Below are positions 37,619 through 45,925 of a stretch of 64,000 nt of DNA, piece by piece. The position numbers and the translations under genes were made by a program. Below the pieces are notes generated by a model. It did no database searches, was not told the DNA's origin, and saw nothing but the letters and a program-made list of their open reading frames with translations. The stretch comes from an uncultured Flavobacteriales bacterium (GTDB lineage Bacteria; Bacteroidota; Bacteroidia; Flavobacteriales; BACL11). Location: contig CAJWRW010000001.1 of assembly GCA_913046315.1 (NCBI GenBank), positions 14,456 to 78,455 on the forward strand, given 5' to 3'. Every line of letters starts with the position of its first letter. Position 1 is the first letter of the stretch.

Positions 37619-38623
37619 ATGAATTCAAGACAAAAGAATATAGTTTTAATTTGGCTTTATAGCGGGCTTTTTCTTGTAGTACTAATGGTTGTAATTGGAG
37701 GTATAACGCGACTTACAAACTCAGGACTTTCCATGGTAGAATGGAAGTTGATAAGCGGAACAATACCTCCAATGAACACAACGCAATGGCAAGAGGTTTT
37801 TCTAAAATACAAGCAATTCCCAGAATATCAGAAAATAAATAAGGGTATGAGTTTATCTGAGTTTAAAGTCATCTTTTTTTGGGAATATTTACATAGGGTA
37901 TTGGGAAGACTTATTGGTTTGGCTTTTGTTGTTCCATTCATCTTGTTTTGGATTAAAAGTTGGCTTAACAAAAAACTCAAAAAGCAATTAATTATTCTTT
38001 TTTCGCTTGGTGCTTTACAAGGTTTTCTAGGTTGGTTTATGGTGAAAAGCGGATTGGTAGATGTGCCAGCTGTCAGCCATTTTCGCTTGGCAACCCACCT
38101 TATAACGGCTTTCCTACTGACTGGATATATCTACTGGCTTATATTGGAAGTAGAAGAAAGAAAGCATTTTCCAAATTTTCATATTAATAAATTGGCTAAA
38201 TGTTTTCTATTTTTATTGACAGTGCAAATTATTTATGGTGCATTTACAGCTGGCTTAAAAGCTGGTTATCTCTTTCCTGTAGGAAAAGGATTTTGGCAAA
38301 GTTTATTTGGCTATTATACTACTGAGGTTTTGCAAAATTTGGATTTGATTAATAACGCATACAATATTCAATTCATACATAGAATTTTTGCATGGGCGGT
38401 CTTTTTCTTTTCAATTTATCTGTGGCAAAAAGCAAGAGAAACTGAATTAGTAAAGGCATCACTTATTCTCTTTCTTCTAGTTTGCTTGCAGATTATTCTA
38501 GGCATAATAACTCTATTATTTGCAGTACCTATCTATTTTGCAGTTGCCCATCAATTTGTGGCAGTATTAATTTTATTAGCTGTTACGAATCTGATTTTTC
38601 AATCCACCGAAAACTCTCAATAA
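37619..38623 (+). CDS. ctaA: heme A synthase (COX15/CtaA family)
   Basis: GGITRLTNSGLSMVEW, EYLHR and FIHR His-containing motifs of COX15/CtaA, with 8 TM segments. I chose the ATG at 37619; the ORF-track start at 37562 overlaps the divergent gene. Confidence 0.88.
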   Translation: MNSRQKNIVLIWLYSGLFLVVLMVVIGGITRLTNSGLSMVEWKLISGTIPPMNTTQWQEVFLKYKQFPEYQKINKGMSLSEFKVIFFWEYLHRVLGRLIGLAFVVPFILFWIKSWLNKKLKKQLIILFSLGALQGFLGWFMVKSGLVDVPAVSHFRLATHLITAFLLTGYIYWLILEVEERKHFPNFHINKLAKCFLFLLTVQIIYGAFTAGLKAGYLFPVGKGFWQSLFGYYTTEVLQNLDLINNAYNIQFIHRIFAWAVFFFSIYLWQKARETELVKASLILFLLVCLQIILGIITLLFAVPIYFAVAHQFVAVLILLAVTNLIFQSTENSQ

Positions 38624-39146
38624 GGTGTTTAATATCATCTTGCAAAAAGATAGAAACTGGTGCTATAGAATCATTCACTTCTGTATTAAAATAAAGAGCT
38701 CCTCTAAAAAAATGATTTGTGCTATCGGTTAAATAAAACTGTAAAGCGGTTGCAGTTGTTCCTTCATAATCATATAACAAGCCAAAAACGTGATCCTTAT
38801 TATTAATAAAGGGTTGTTCGCTAATGGCATTTGCCTTTACAGTGTGCTTGTAAGCCAAATTTCTTGATTCTTCAACATGCATAAATAGATTCTCACTTAA
38901 TGGAAAATAACTCAAATGTAAAGTTGCGTCAAATTTAGGGAATTGCAAATTGAAAAAACAATATTTCTCTAAAGGCTCACCTTTCGAATAAACAGGAAAT
39001 TGGAAGGTGAAAGGGCAGTCCTGGTTGTATTGCTGAAAATTTTTCTCTGGAAAATCTAATTTGAAAAATCCTCTAGGTTTTGGTGTGTAATTTTCTTTGC
39101 AAGAGCAGAAAAGGGTTAAAATACAAATGCTAATTATCTTATTCAT
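38583..39146 (-). CDS. gldD: gliding motility-associated lipoprotein GldD
   Basis: Lipobox LTLFCSC followed by TPKPRGFFKLDFPEKNF. About 187 aa, immediately downstream of and overlapping a GldE-type gene, as for GldD in Flavobacterium. Confidence 0.8.
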   Translation of the reverse strand: MNKIISICILTLFCSCKENYTPKPRGFFKLDFPEKNFQQYNQDCPFTFQFPVYSKGEPLEKYCFFNLQFPKFDATLHLSYFPLSENLFMHVEESRNLAYKHTVKANAISEQPFINNKDHVFGLLYDYEGTTATALQFYLTDSTNHFFRGALYFNTEVNDSIAPVSIFLQDDIKHLIESFRWIEKSDS

Positions 39147-40470
39147 GCTCTTTTATATGTACTTTAATTCTATTTATTTTTCTCTTATCAGCCGATTCAA
39201 TTGTAAAAATATAAGGATCAAATTCAATGATTTCTCCTTTGTCTGGAATCCCGCCTTTTAATTCTAAAATTAGGCCAGCCAATGTATCAGCATCTCCTTT
39301 AGTTTCATCAAAATAATCTAGCTCTCCCTTTACCGTTTTCAAAAAATCATTTAAAGATATTTTGCCTTCAAAAATAAAATTATGCTCATCTAATATCGAA
39401 AAATAATTTCCATCATCATCAAATTCATCATTAATTTCGCCAACAATTTCTTCTAAAATATCTTCCAAAGTTACAATCCCTGATGTGCCTCCGTACTCAT
39501 CTACTACTATGGCTAAATGAATTTTTTTATCTTGAAACTCCTTTAATAAATCACTAATCATTTTAGTTTCAGGAACAAAGTATGCAGGGCGAATCAGGTT
39601 TTGCCAATTAAAGTTTTCTTTTTCTTCCAAATGTGGTATCAAATCTTTGATGTATAAAAGCCCAATCACATTATCAAAACTTTCTTTAAAAACTGGGATT
39701 CTTGAGAATCCAGAATCAACTACTAATTTAATAAGCTGTTCAAATTGCAAATGCTCTTCTATTGCAACTACATCTACCCTTGATTTCATAATTTCTTTTA
39801 CATCAATATTTCCAAACTCAACAATGCTTTTTAGAATTTTCTGTTCTTCTTCTGTTTGCTGATCCTCAGCTGTTAATTCAAGGGCTTCTGCAATTTCATC
39901 CATAGAAACCACTTCTTTTTTTTGCTTTAAGCGTTTATCAATAAAAGAGGTGCTTGAAGTAAGCAGAAAGCTAAGCGGAGAAAATATTTTGCTGAATAAA
40001 TTTAATGGTTTACACATCCATTTACTGAACAAAAGTGCATTTCTATTAGCATAAACCTTTGGCGTAATTTCTCCAAAAAGAACAATTACAAATGTAATTA
40101 CCACAATTTGAATAAAGAATTTTAGTATTGAATTATTCTGAAAATTAAAAATGCCTGCTGTTAAATAAGTCGACAAAACAATAATGCCAATATTGATAAA
40201 ATTATTGGTTATCAAAATTATTGCAAGTAGCTTATTAGGGTTAGATAATAATTTTAGCGTTAATGTTGCTTTTTTTGACTTATCGTTGTTCAAGCTTTCA
40301 ACATCATTTGGAGCCAAAGAGAAATAAGCTACTTCTGCTCCAGAAACTAATGCTGAACAAAACAGCATGAGTATAATTATAAGAAGAATGATCGCAATAT
40401 CAATAGAAATTGGTTGCAATTTGATTTCTAATAAGGCGCTTAATAAAAGCCAACTGAGTTCTTCTTCCAA
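39139..40470 (-). CDS. gldE: gliding motility-associated protein GldE (CNNM/DUF21 + CBS + CorC_HlyC)
   Basis: DUF21 TM region (VSGAEVAYFSL), a CBS pair and VDEYGGTSGIVTLEDILEEIVGEINDEFDD. Position ssb-gldE-gldD. TTG start: an in-frame stop lies two codons upstream and there is no ATG before TM1. Confidence 0.8.
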   Translation of the reverse strand: MEEELSWLLLSALLEIKLQPISIDIAIILLIIILMLFCSALVSGAEVAYFSLAPNDVESLNNDKSKKATLTLKLLSNPNKLLAIILITNNFINIGIIVLSTYLTAGIFNFQNNSILKFFIQIVVITFVIVLFGEITPKVYANRNALLFSKWMCKPLNLFSKIFSPLSFLLTSSTSFIDKRLKQKKEVVSMDEIAEALELTAEDQQTEEEQKILKSIVEFGNIDVKEIMKSRVDVVAIEEHLQFEQLIKLVVDSGFSRIPVFKESFDNVIGLLYIKDLIPHLEEKENFNWQNLIRPAYFVPETKMISDLLKEFQDKKIHLAIVVDEYGGTSGIVTLEDILEEIVGEINDEFDDDGNYFSILDEHNFIFEGKISLNDFLKTVKGELDYFDETKGDADTLAGLILELKGGIPDKGEIIEFDPYIFTIESADKRKINRIKVHIKEHE

Positions 40471-40489
40471 TGCTTATTCTTAATTTTGT

Positions 40490-40903
40490 CTAGAAAGGTA
40501 AATCGTCTCCTTTTTCTTCTTGAGGGATTTCTTCTTTATTAGGAGTTCCTGAAGATTGAGTAGTATTATCCTCTCTTTTCCCTAACATTGTCATATTATC
40601 GGCTAATATTTCGGTGGTATATCTAGTATTTCCTTCTTTGTCTTCCCATTTTCTACTTCTAATTTTTCCTTCAATATATATAGAAGATCCTTTTTTTAGA
40701 AACTTTTCAGCTATTTCAGCCAAACCTCTCCAAAGCACAATATTATGCCATTCGGTCTGACTTACTCTTTCCCCTTCTTTGTTTTTATAGCTTTCGGTGG
40801 TGGCTAATGAAAAATTTGCAACAGCAACACCATTGTCTAGATACCTTACTTCTGGGTCTTTCCCTAAATTTCCGATGAGAATTACTTTGTTTACTCCTGC
40901 CAT
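40490..40903 (-). CDS. ssb: single-stranded DNA-binding protein
   Basis: OB-fold N-terminus [18 protein letters not shown] ... TEWHNIV and the acidic tail DDLPF. Confidence 0.95.
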   Translation of the reverse strand: MAGVNKVILIGNLGKDPEVRYLDNGVAVANFSLATTESYKNKEGERVSQTEWHNIVLWRGLAEIAEKFLKKGSSIYIEGKIRSRKWEDKEGNTRYTTEILADNMTMLGKREDNTTQSSGTPNKEEIPQEEKGDDLPF

Positions 40904-40925
40904 AATAATTGTTTATTGTATATAA

Positions 40926-40933
40926 CAAATGTA
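40926..40933 (-). promoter_or_regulatory. candidate -7 box (TACATTTG on minus strand) for ssb-gldE-gldD
   Basis: Plus strand CAAATGTA is the reverse complement of TAnnTTTG. It lies 22 nt upstream of the ssb ATG at 40903. Confidence 0.35.
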
Positions 40934-40942
40934 GTAAAATAG

Positions 40943-41983
40943 CTAAATAATTCTAATATTTTCAAGGTATTTTTCCAATAGTCTTGGTATAGGGTAATTT
41001 TTCAATTCCTTTTTATTTATGCTTTTAGACTCTGCTATTGTTTCGCTCTTACTTTTCACATGCCAAAATCGAGCGAAAATAGTTTGGTGTGTAAGCTGAT
41101 GTTTAAATGTAGGAGATATTTTCAATATTTTTATAGGTTCTGCAAATAGACTTTTCCATTCTTTTGATTTTTCAATTGTACTTTCAGATTTTTTCACTGT
41201 ATTTTCTATGAGTGGAAATTGATAAAGCCCTTTCCAAATTCCTTTCTTCCTTTTTTGAATGAATATCTTGTCTTTATTATTAATGATAAAAAACTCAAAA
41301 TATCTTTTTCTGATTTTAAGCTTCTTTGATTTTTTTGGCAATTCAGCAATTATCTTATTGTTAAAGGCAAAACAACTATCTGCCAATGGGCAAAGCTTGC
41401 AATTTGGAGACTTTGGTTTGCATTGTAATGCTCCAAATTCCATTATTGCCTGATTGTTTTCTGCCGCCTTTTCTTCAATGAGTAATTCTTGAGCCAATTG
41501 CTCAAATTCTTTCTTTCCTTCACTGCTGTCTAAAGGAGTTTGTATTCCAAAAAACCTAGACAGCACTCTTGTTACATTGCCATCAACTACAGCATAAGGT
41601 AAATTGTAAGCAAAAGAGCAAATAGCAGCAGCAGTATATGGCCCAACTCCTTTTAAGGATAAAATATTTTTGTAATCATTTGGAAAAACTCCATTGTATT
41701 TTTCAGTAATTTCTTTTGCTGTGGCGTGCATATTACGAGCTCTAGAATAATAGCCTAATCCCTGCCACAATTTCAAAACTTCATTTTCTGAGGCTTTTGC
41801 AAGAAGTTCTATTGTAGGGTATTTTTGAATAAATGAATTGAAATAGGGTAATCCTTGCTGAACTCTTGTTTGCTGCAATATGATTTCCGAAAGCCATATT
41901 TTGTATGTATCAGAGCAATTCCTCCAAGGTAGAGATCTCTTATTTTTAAAGTACCACTCAATTATTTGCTTAGAAAAATACAT
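40943..41983 (-). CDS. mutY: A/G-specific adenine DNA glycosylase MutY
   Basis: WSEIILQQTRV HhH-GPD core, the 4Fe-4S Cys cluster CKPKSPNCKLCPLADSC and a C-terminal NUDIX-like domain. Confidence 0.93.
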   Translation of the reverse strand: MYFSKQIIEWYFKNKRSLPWRNCSDTYKIWLSEIILQQTRVQQGLPYFNSFIQKYPTIELLAKASENEVLKLWQGLGYYSRARNMHATAKEITEKYNGVFPNDYKNILSLKGVGPYTAAAICSFAYNLPYAVVDGNVTRVLSRFFGIQTPLDSSEGKKEFEQLAQELLIEEKAAENNQAIMEFGALQCKPKSPNCKLCPLADSCFAFNNKIIAELPKKSKKLKIRKRYFEFFIINNKDKIFIQKRKKGIWKGLYQFPLIENTVKKSESTIEKSKEWKSLFAEPIKILKISPTFKHQLTHQTIFARFWHVKSKSETIAESKSINKKELKNYPIPRLLEKYLENIRII

Positions 41984-42057
41984 AAATCACTGATTATTAA
42001 TAGTATAATTAATAAAAAAAGACATAATTATGTGCGTCTACATTCAAAAATTGTTGA

Positions 42058-42065
42058 TATATTTG
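42058..42065 (+). promoter_or_regulatory. candidate -7 box (TATATTTG) for hup
   Basis: Exact TAnnTTTG match 62 nt upstream of the ATG at 42128. Confidence 0.35.
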
Positions 42066-42127
42066 CACGCTATTAAAATAAAGCAAGAATAAAACTATTT
42101 ATATAAATATCAAAAAATTAAAAAAGC

Positions 42128-42412
42128 ATGACAAAAGCAGAGATAGTGAGTAAAATTTCAGACCAAACAGGTGTAGAAAAAGTAACGGCACTTGCAGTAG
42201 TAGAATCATTTATGGCGGAGGTGAGAACCTCAATTGCTAATAATGAATCCATTTTTTTAAGAGGATTTGGAACATTCAAGCCAAAAAAGAGAGCTGAAAA
42301 AACAGGTAGAAATATTTCAAAGAATACTGCCATTATTATCCCAGCACATCATATTCCAGCTTTTAAACCTGCAAAACTTTTTGTAAAACAGGTGAAAGAA
42401 AGCGTTAAATAA
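42128..42412 (+). CDS. hup: HU-family nucleoid-associated DNA-binding protein
   Basis: MTKAEIVSKISDQTG ... LRGFGTF ... RNISKNTAIIIPA, typical of HU/IHF; 94 aa. Confidence 0.93.
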   Translation: MTKAEIVSKISDQTGVEKVTALAVVESFMAEVRTSIANNESIFLRGFGTFKPKKRAEKTGRNISKNTAIIIPAHHIPAFKPAKLFVKQVKESVK

Positions 42413-42461
42413 ATTTTAGTCAGAAGTAAATTCTGAAAAAAGAAATTAAAAAATATTAAGT

Positions 42462-42551
42462 ATGCCGAGCGGAAAAAAAAGAAAAAGACATAAGATGGCC
42501 ACTCACAAACGCAAAAAGCGTTTGAGAAAAAATAGACATAAAAATAAATAA
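42462..42551 (+). CDS. 29-aa hyperbasic peptide, candidate small ribosomal protein of the bS22 / AURKAIP1-COX24 (mS38-like) type
   Basis: ATG CCG AGC GGA AAA ... TAA = MPSGKKRKRHKMATHKRKKRLRKNRHKNK. 19 of 29 residues are K/R/H. Absent from the ORF track because it is under 60 aa. Sits in the 176-nt gap between hup and rng on the same strand. Resembles the KKRRKRMSKKKHRKLL core that I recall for mycobacterial bS22. Confidence 0.6.
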   Translation: MPSGKKRKRHKMATHKRKKRLRKNRHKNK

Positions 42552-42588
42552 CATTATTTTTTTCTATTAACCTTTTATCATAAAAGCC

Positions 42589-44118
42589 ATGAAATTCGAA
42601 CTTATAATCGATTCAAGGCCATCTGAGGTAGTAATCGCACTTTTGCGAGATAAACACCTAATTGAACTTCATAAAGAAAACAATAACAATAGCTACTCAG
42701 TTGGCGATATATATCTAGGGAAAGTAAAAAAAGTAGTCCCTGGGCTTAATGCTGCTTTCGTAAATGTTGGGCATGAGAAAGACGGCTTTTTACATTATCT
42801 TGACTTAGGGCCAAATGTGAATTCTTATAAAAAATTTACAGATAAAGTAATCAGAAAAAAAAGCAATACGGCTTCATTAAAAAATTTTAAAAAGGAAAAA
42901 GAAATTGACAAAACAGGCCAAATTGCAGATGTGCTAAAGTCTGGAGATATAATTTTAGTTCAAGTGTCAAAAGAGGCTATTTCTTCAAAAGGCCCAAGGC
43001 TAACAACTGAGATATCAATTGCTGGAAGAAATATGGTGTTGCTTCCTTTTTCCAATAAAATTTCTCTTTCTAATAAAATCAAATCGCAAGAAGAGAAGGT
43101 GAGATTAAAACGCCTTTTACAAAGCATAAAGCCAGAAGGTTTTGGTGTTATCGTAAGAACGGTTGCAAAAGGGAAAAAGGTAATCGAGCTAGATGCTAAT
43201 TTGAAAACTTTATATAAAAAGTGGCAAAGTGTTTTCAAAGAACTCAAAAATGCTGAAGCGCCTCAAATGATTCTAAAAGAACTTAACCGATCAACAGCCA
43301 TTTTAAGAGATATATTGAATGAGGGCTTTAATAGCATTCATGTAAATGATAAAGGTTTGTATTTGGAGTTGAAGGATTATTTAACAAGCATTTCTCCTAA
43401 TCAAGAAAAAATATTGAAGCTCTATAAATCAAAAACACCTATTTTGCAAAAATTTGATGTAACGAAACAAATAAAATCAGCTTTTGGCAAAACAGTAAAC
43501 ATGAAAAACGGAACTTATCTAGTAATAGAGCATACTGAAGCCATGCATGTGATAGATGTAAATTCAGGAAAGAAAGTAGATGCTAAAAAAGATCAAGAAG
43601 AAAATGCTCTATCAGTAAATCTATCAGCAGCTGAGGAAGTGGCACGCCAATTAAGATTGCGCGATATGGGCGGGATTATTGTAGTTGATTTTATTGACAT
43701 GTATAACGCCAAGAATCGAAAATTGCTTTTCGAAAAAATGCGAGAAGAAATGAAAGATGATAAGGCAAAACACCATATTCTGCCGCCTTCAAAATTCGGT
43801 TTGGTGCAAATTACACGTCAAAGGGTTCGTCCTGAAATGAATATTGATACAAGAGAGAAATGCCCAATGTGTGTAGGGAATGGAAAAATCGATTCCAGTT
43901 TACTTTTAATTGAAACCATAGAAAATAAGATTAAAAATCTAATAGAGAAATCCGATACTGGAAAGATTAACATTTCAACTCATCCTTTTATAGCAAGTCA
44001 TATCAATAAAGGTATAATCTCAAAATGTACTAAATGGTGTTTCAAGTATAGGACGATGATAAAAGTAACGCCAGATGACAGGCTACATCTTTTGCAATAC
44101 AGTATAGTAAAAGCCTAG
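42589..44118 (+). CDS. rng: ribonuclease E/G family endoribonuclease (RNase G-like)
   Basis: N-terminal S1 domain (VGDIYLGKVKKVVPGLNAAFVNVG). Catalytic core (HVIDVNSG, GGIIVVDFIDM, LVQITRQR). Zn-link Cys pair CPMCVGNG. Confidence 0.92.
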   Translation: MKFELIIDSRPSEVVIALLRDKHLIELHKENNNNSYSVGDIYLGKVKKVVPGLNAAFVNVGHEKDGFLHYLDLGPNVNSYKKFTDKVIRKKSNTASLKNFKKEKEIDKTGQIADVLKSGDIILVQVSKEAISSKGPRLTTEISIAGRNMVLLPFSNKISLSNKIKSQEEKVRLKRLLQSIKPEGFGVIVRTVAKGKKVIELDANLKTLYKKWQSVFKELKNAEAPQMILKELNRSTAILRDILNEGFNSIHVNDKGLYLELKDYLTSISPNQEKILKLYKSKTPILQKFDVTKQIKSAFGKTVNMKNGTYLVIEHTEAMHVIDVNSGKKVDAKKDQEENALSVNLSAAEEVARQLRLRDMGGIIVVDFIDMYNAKNRKLLFEKMREEMKDDKAKHHILPPSKFGLVQITRQRVRPEMNIDTREKCPMCVGNGKIDSSLLLIETIENKIKNLIEKSDTGKINISTHPFIASHINKGIISKCTKWCFKYRTMIKVTPDDRLHLLQYSIVKA

Positions 44119-45398
44119 TCTTCCTTTTTTTTATCCAAGTTAATAAGTGATTTATAATGAAGTATTAGTGGGATAATCGCCATTAAGACCATTATTGCGC
44201 CAACCAAATATCCATAACGTACATTGTCATTAGTGGTGAAAAAGTGCAAAGCAAATAGCCCAATTAAACACATCCTAACCATTATATTCAAAGAATTAAA
44301 AACAGAACTTGTTCGACCGATTACATTGTTTGGAATATGATTAAATAAATAGGTTGTTCTTAGCACCCTCACGCCAGCATTTGTTAGTCCTAAAATTAAA
44401 TTAGCAATAAAGAAATACAAAAGTGACTTGTAAAAGGTCATTCCAGCAAAGGCGATGACTACAACCAACATTAAGCAAATGATGCCAAAAATAGAGTTAA
44501 GCTTTTTGAAGATACTAATTACAAATAGCCCCGCTAAAATGGCGCCTAAAGAATAATAAACCTCAGCTGAGGCATATATATCTCCTCTTTCTTGAAGAAA
44601 ATCATGTACATATAACGGCAGCAGAATGTGAATTTGAACCAAAACAAAAGCAAATAGCATGTAAGACGCAAAGCCAAAACGAAAGATTAACGGATTTTTC
44701 TTTAGGTATGAAATACCACTTTTTAATCGGCTAAATAATGTGCCGACTTCAATTTTTTCTTTCACTAGTCTAGTGTACTTTATTTGCATAAAAATGAGAA
44801 TAACTATCAAATAAGTAATAGCATCCATTAAAAATATTTCATGGATTTCCCATGGCTGAATTTCAAATGGCAAAGTCCAGGTAAGCCCCCCCAAGTTCAT
44901 GCTCTTATTTGTTGTTCCAGTAAGCAATAATGCGGCAAATGCACCTGCCAAAATACTTGTTGATTGTCCTTGAATCTCAATATAAGAATTGAGTTTACCA
45001 TAATTGCTTTTTTCAGTAATTTCTTGTCCAAATGCATATAGGTTTGGATAATGCACATTGTAGTTAAAAATGGTAGTTGCAAATACTAATATCACTAATA
45101 AATCGTTCATACTCGTAGTGAAAAAACCTGAAAAAGCAACACCTCCAATTATCAAACCACATGCGGCATTAATCAGAATAAAAATTCTTTTTCGTGAGTA
45201 TCTGTCAATAATGGTTCCGGCATACAAACCCCAAAATAAAGTGGCAAAAGTGATGAAGATATATGCGGTAGCAAAGACTTCTGGCCGACCAACTACTTCT
45301 ACAAAATACCATGGAATAGCAATCATGCTGATGCCTTGAGCAAAACCTGATATAATATTAGAAAGAAAAAGTAAGCTTATTGCTTTTTTATTTTTCAT
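44115..45398 (-). CDS. MFS transporter
   Basis: 12-TM protein with the MFS loop motif GTIIDRYSRKR. Its stop overlaps the rng stop (CTAG). Confidence 0.8.
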   Translation of the reverse strand: MKNKKAISLLFLSNIISGFAQGISMIAIPWYFVEVVGRPEVFATAYIFITFATLFWGLYAGTIIDRYSRKRIFILINAACGLIIGGVAFSGFFTTSMNDLLVILVFATTIFNYNVHYPNLYAFGQEITEKSNYGKLNSYIEIQGQSTSILAGAFAALLLTGTTNKSMNLGGLTWTLPFEIQPWEIHEIFLMDAITYLIVILIFMQIKYTRLVKEKIEVGTLFSRLKSGISYLKKNPLIFRFGFASYMLFAFVLVQIHILLPLYVHDFLQERGDIYASAEVYYSLGAILAGLFVISIFKKLNSIFGIICLMLVVVIAFAGMTFYKSLLYFFIANLILGLTNAGVRVLRTTYLFNHIPNNVIGRTSSVFNSLNIMVRMCLIGLFALHFFTTNDNVRYGYLVGAIMVLMAIIPLILHYKSLINLDKKKED

Positions 45399-45402
45399 AT
45401 TG

Positions 45403-45410
45403 CAAAAGTA
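45403..45410 (-). promoter_or_regulatory. candidate -7 box (TACTTTTG on minus strand) abutting the MFS start codon
   Basis: Plus strand CAAAAGTA is the reverse complement of TAnnTTTG. Its 3' end is only 4 nt from the ATG at 45398. Confidence 0.35.
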
Positions 45411-45430
45411 AAATTAAAACATAGAATATG

Positions 45431-45438
45431 TATTTTTG
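45431..45438 (+). promoter_or_regulatory. candidate -7 box (TATTTTTG) abutting the recX start codon
   Basis: Exact TAnnTTTG match ending 5 nt before the ATG at 45444. Confidence 0.35.
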
Positions 45439-45443
45439 AATAG

Positions 45444-45920
45444 ATGCAAAACAGAAGGGTTTACAAAATAAGTGAAGCTAAAAGTAGGATAAAGAACTAT
45501 TGTGCTGTTCAAGATAGATGCCAATGGGATGTACGAAAAAAGTTAACCGAATGGGGTCTAATGAAAAGCACAAAAGATATGTTAATTATAGAGCTTATAA
45601 ATGAGCAATTTATTGATGAAGAAAGGTATGCGCGTTCTTTTTGTAGAGGAAAATTCAAAATAAAGAAATGGGGCAAAAGAAAGATTGCATTTGAACTAAA
45701 AAAGAAAAACATTTCTGCTGTTTGCATCCAAAAAGGAATGGAGGAAATTGATGAAAAAGAATATTTTTTAGAATTGGAGGTGCAAGCTGAAAAGAAAAAC
45801 AAATTCATTAAGGATAAAAACCATTTTAGCAGGAAAAGTAAATTAGCCAAACACCTTATTGACAAAGGCTATGAAAGCGATTTGGTGTGGAAAAAAATAA
45901 AAGCAATTTATAGTAAATAA
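45444..45920 (+). CDS. recX: RecA regulator RecX
   Basis: 158-aa helical-repeat protein. YCAVQDRCQWDVRKKL ... FIDEERYARSF ... is typical of RecX. Confidence 0.8.
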   Translation: MQNRRVYKISEAKSRIKNYCAVQDRCQWDVRKKLTEWGLMKSTKDMLIIELINEQFIDEERYARSFCRGKFKIKKWGKRKIAFELKKKNISAVCIQKGMEEIDEKEYFLELEVQAEKKNKFIKDKNHFSRKSKLAKHLIDKGYESDLVWKKIKAIYSK

Positions 45921-45925
45921 TCAAT

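Noticed and set aside
42420-42436. Hairpin TCAGAA-GTAAA-TTCTGA just after hup, considered as a terminator.
   Set aside because: It is followed by AAAAAG rather than a U tract, and the stem is AT-rich (6 bp). It is more likely a processing or stability element within a hup-peptide co-transcript, so it is not called as a terminator.
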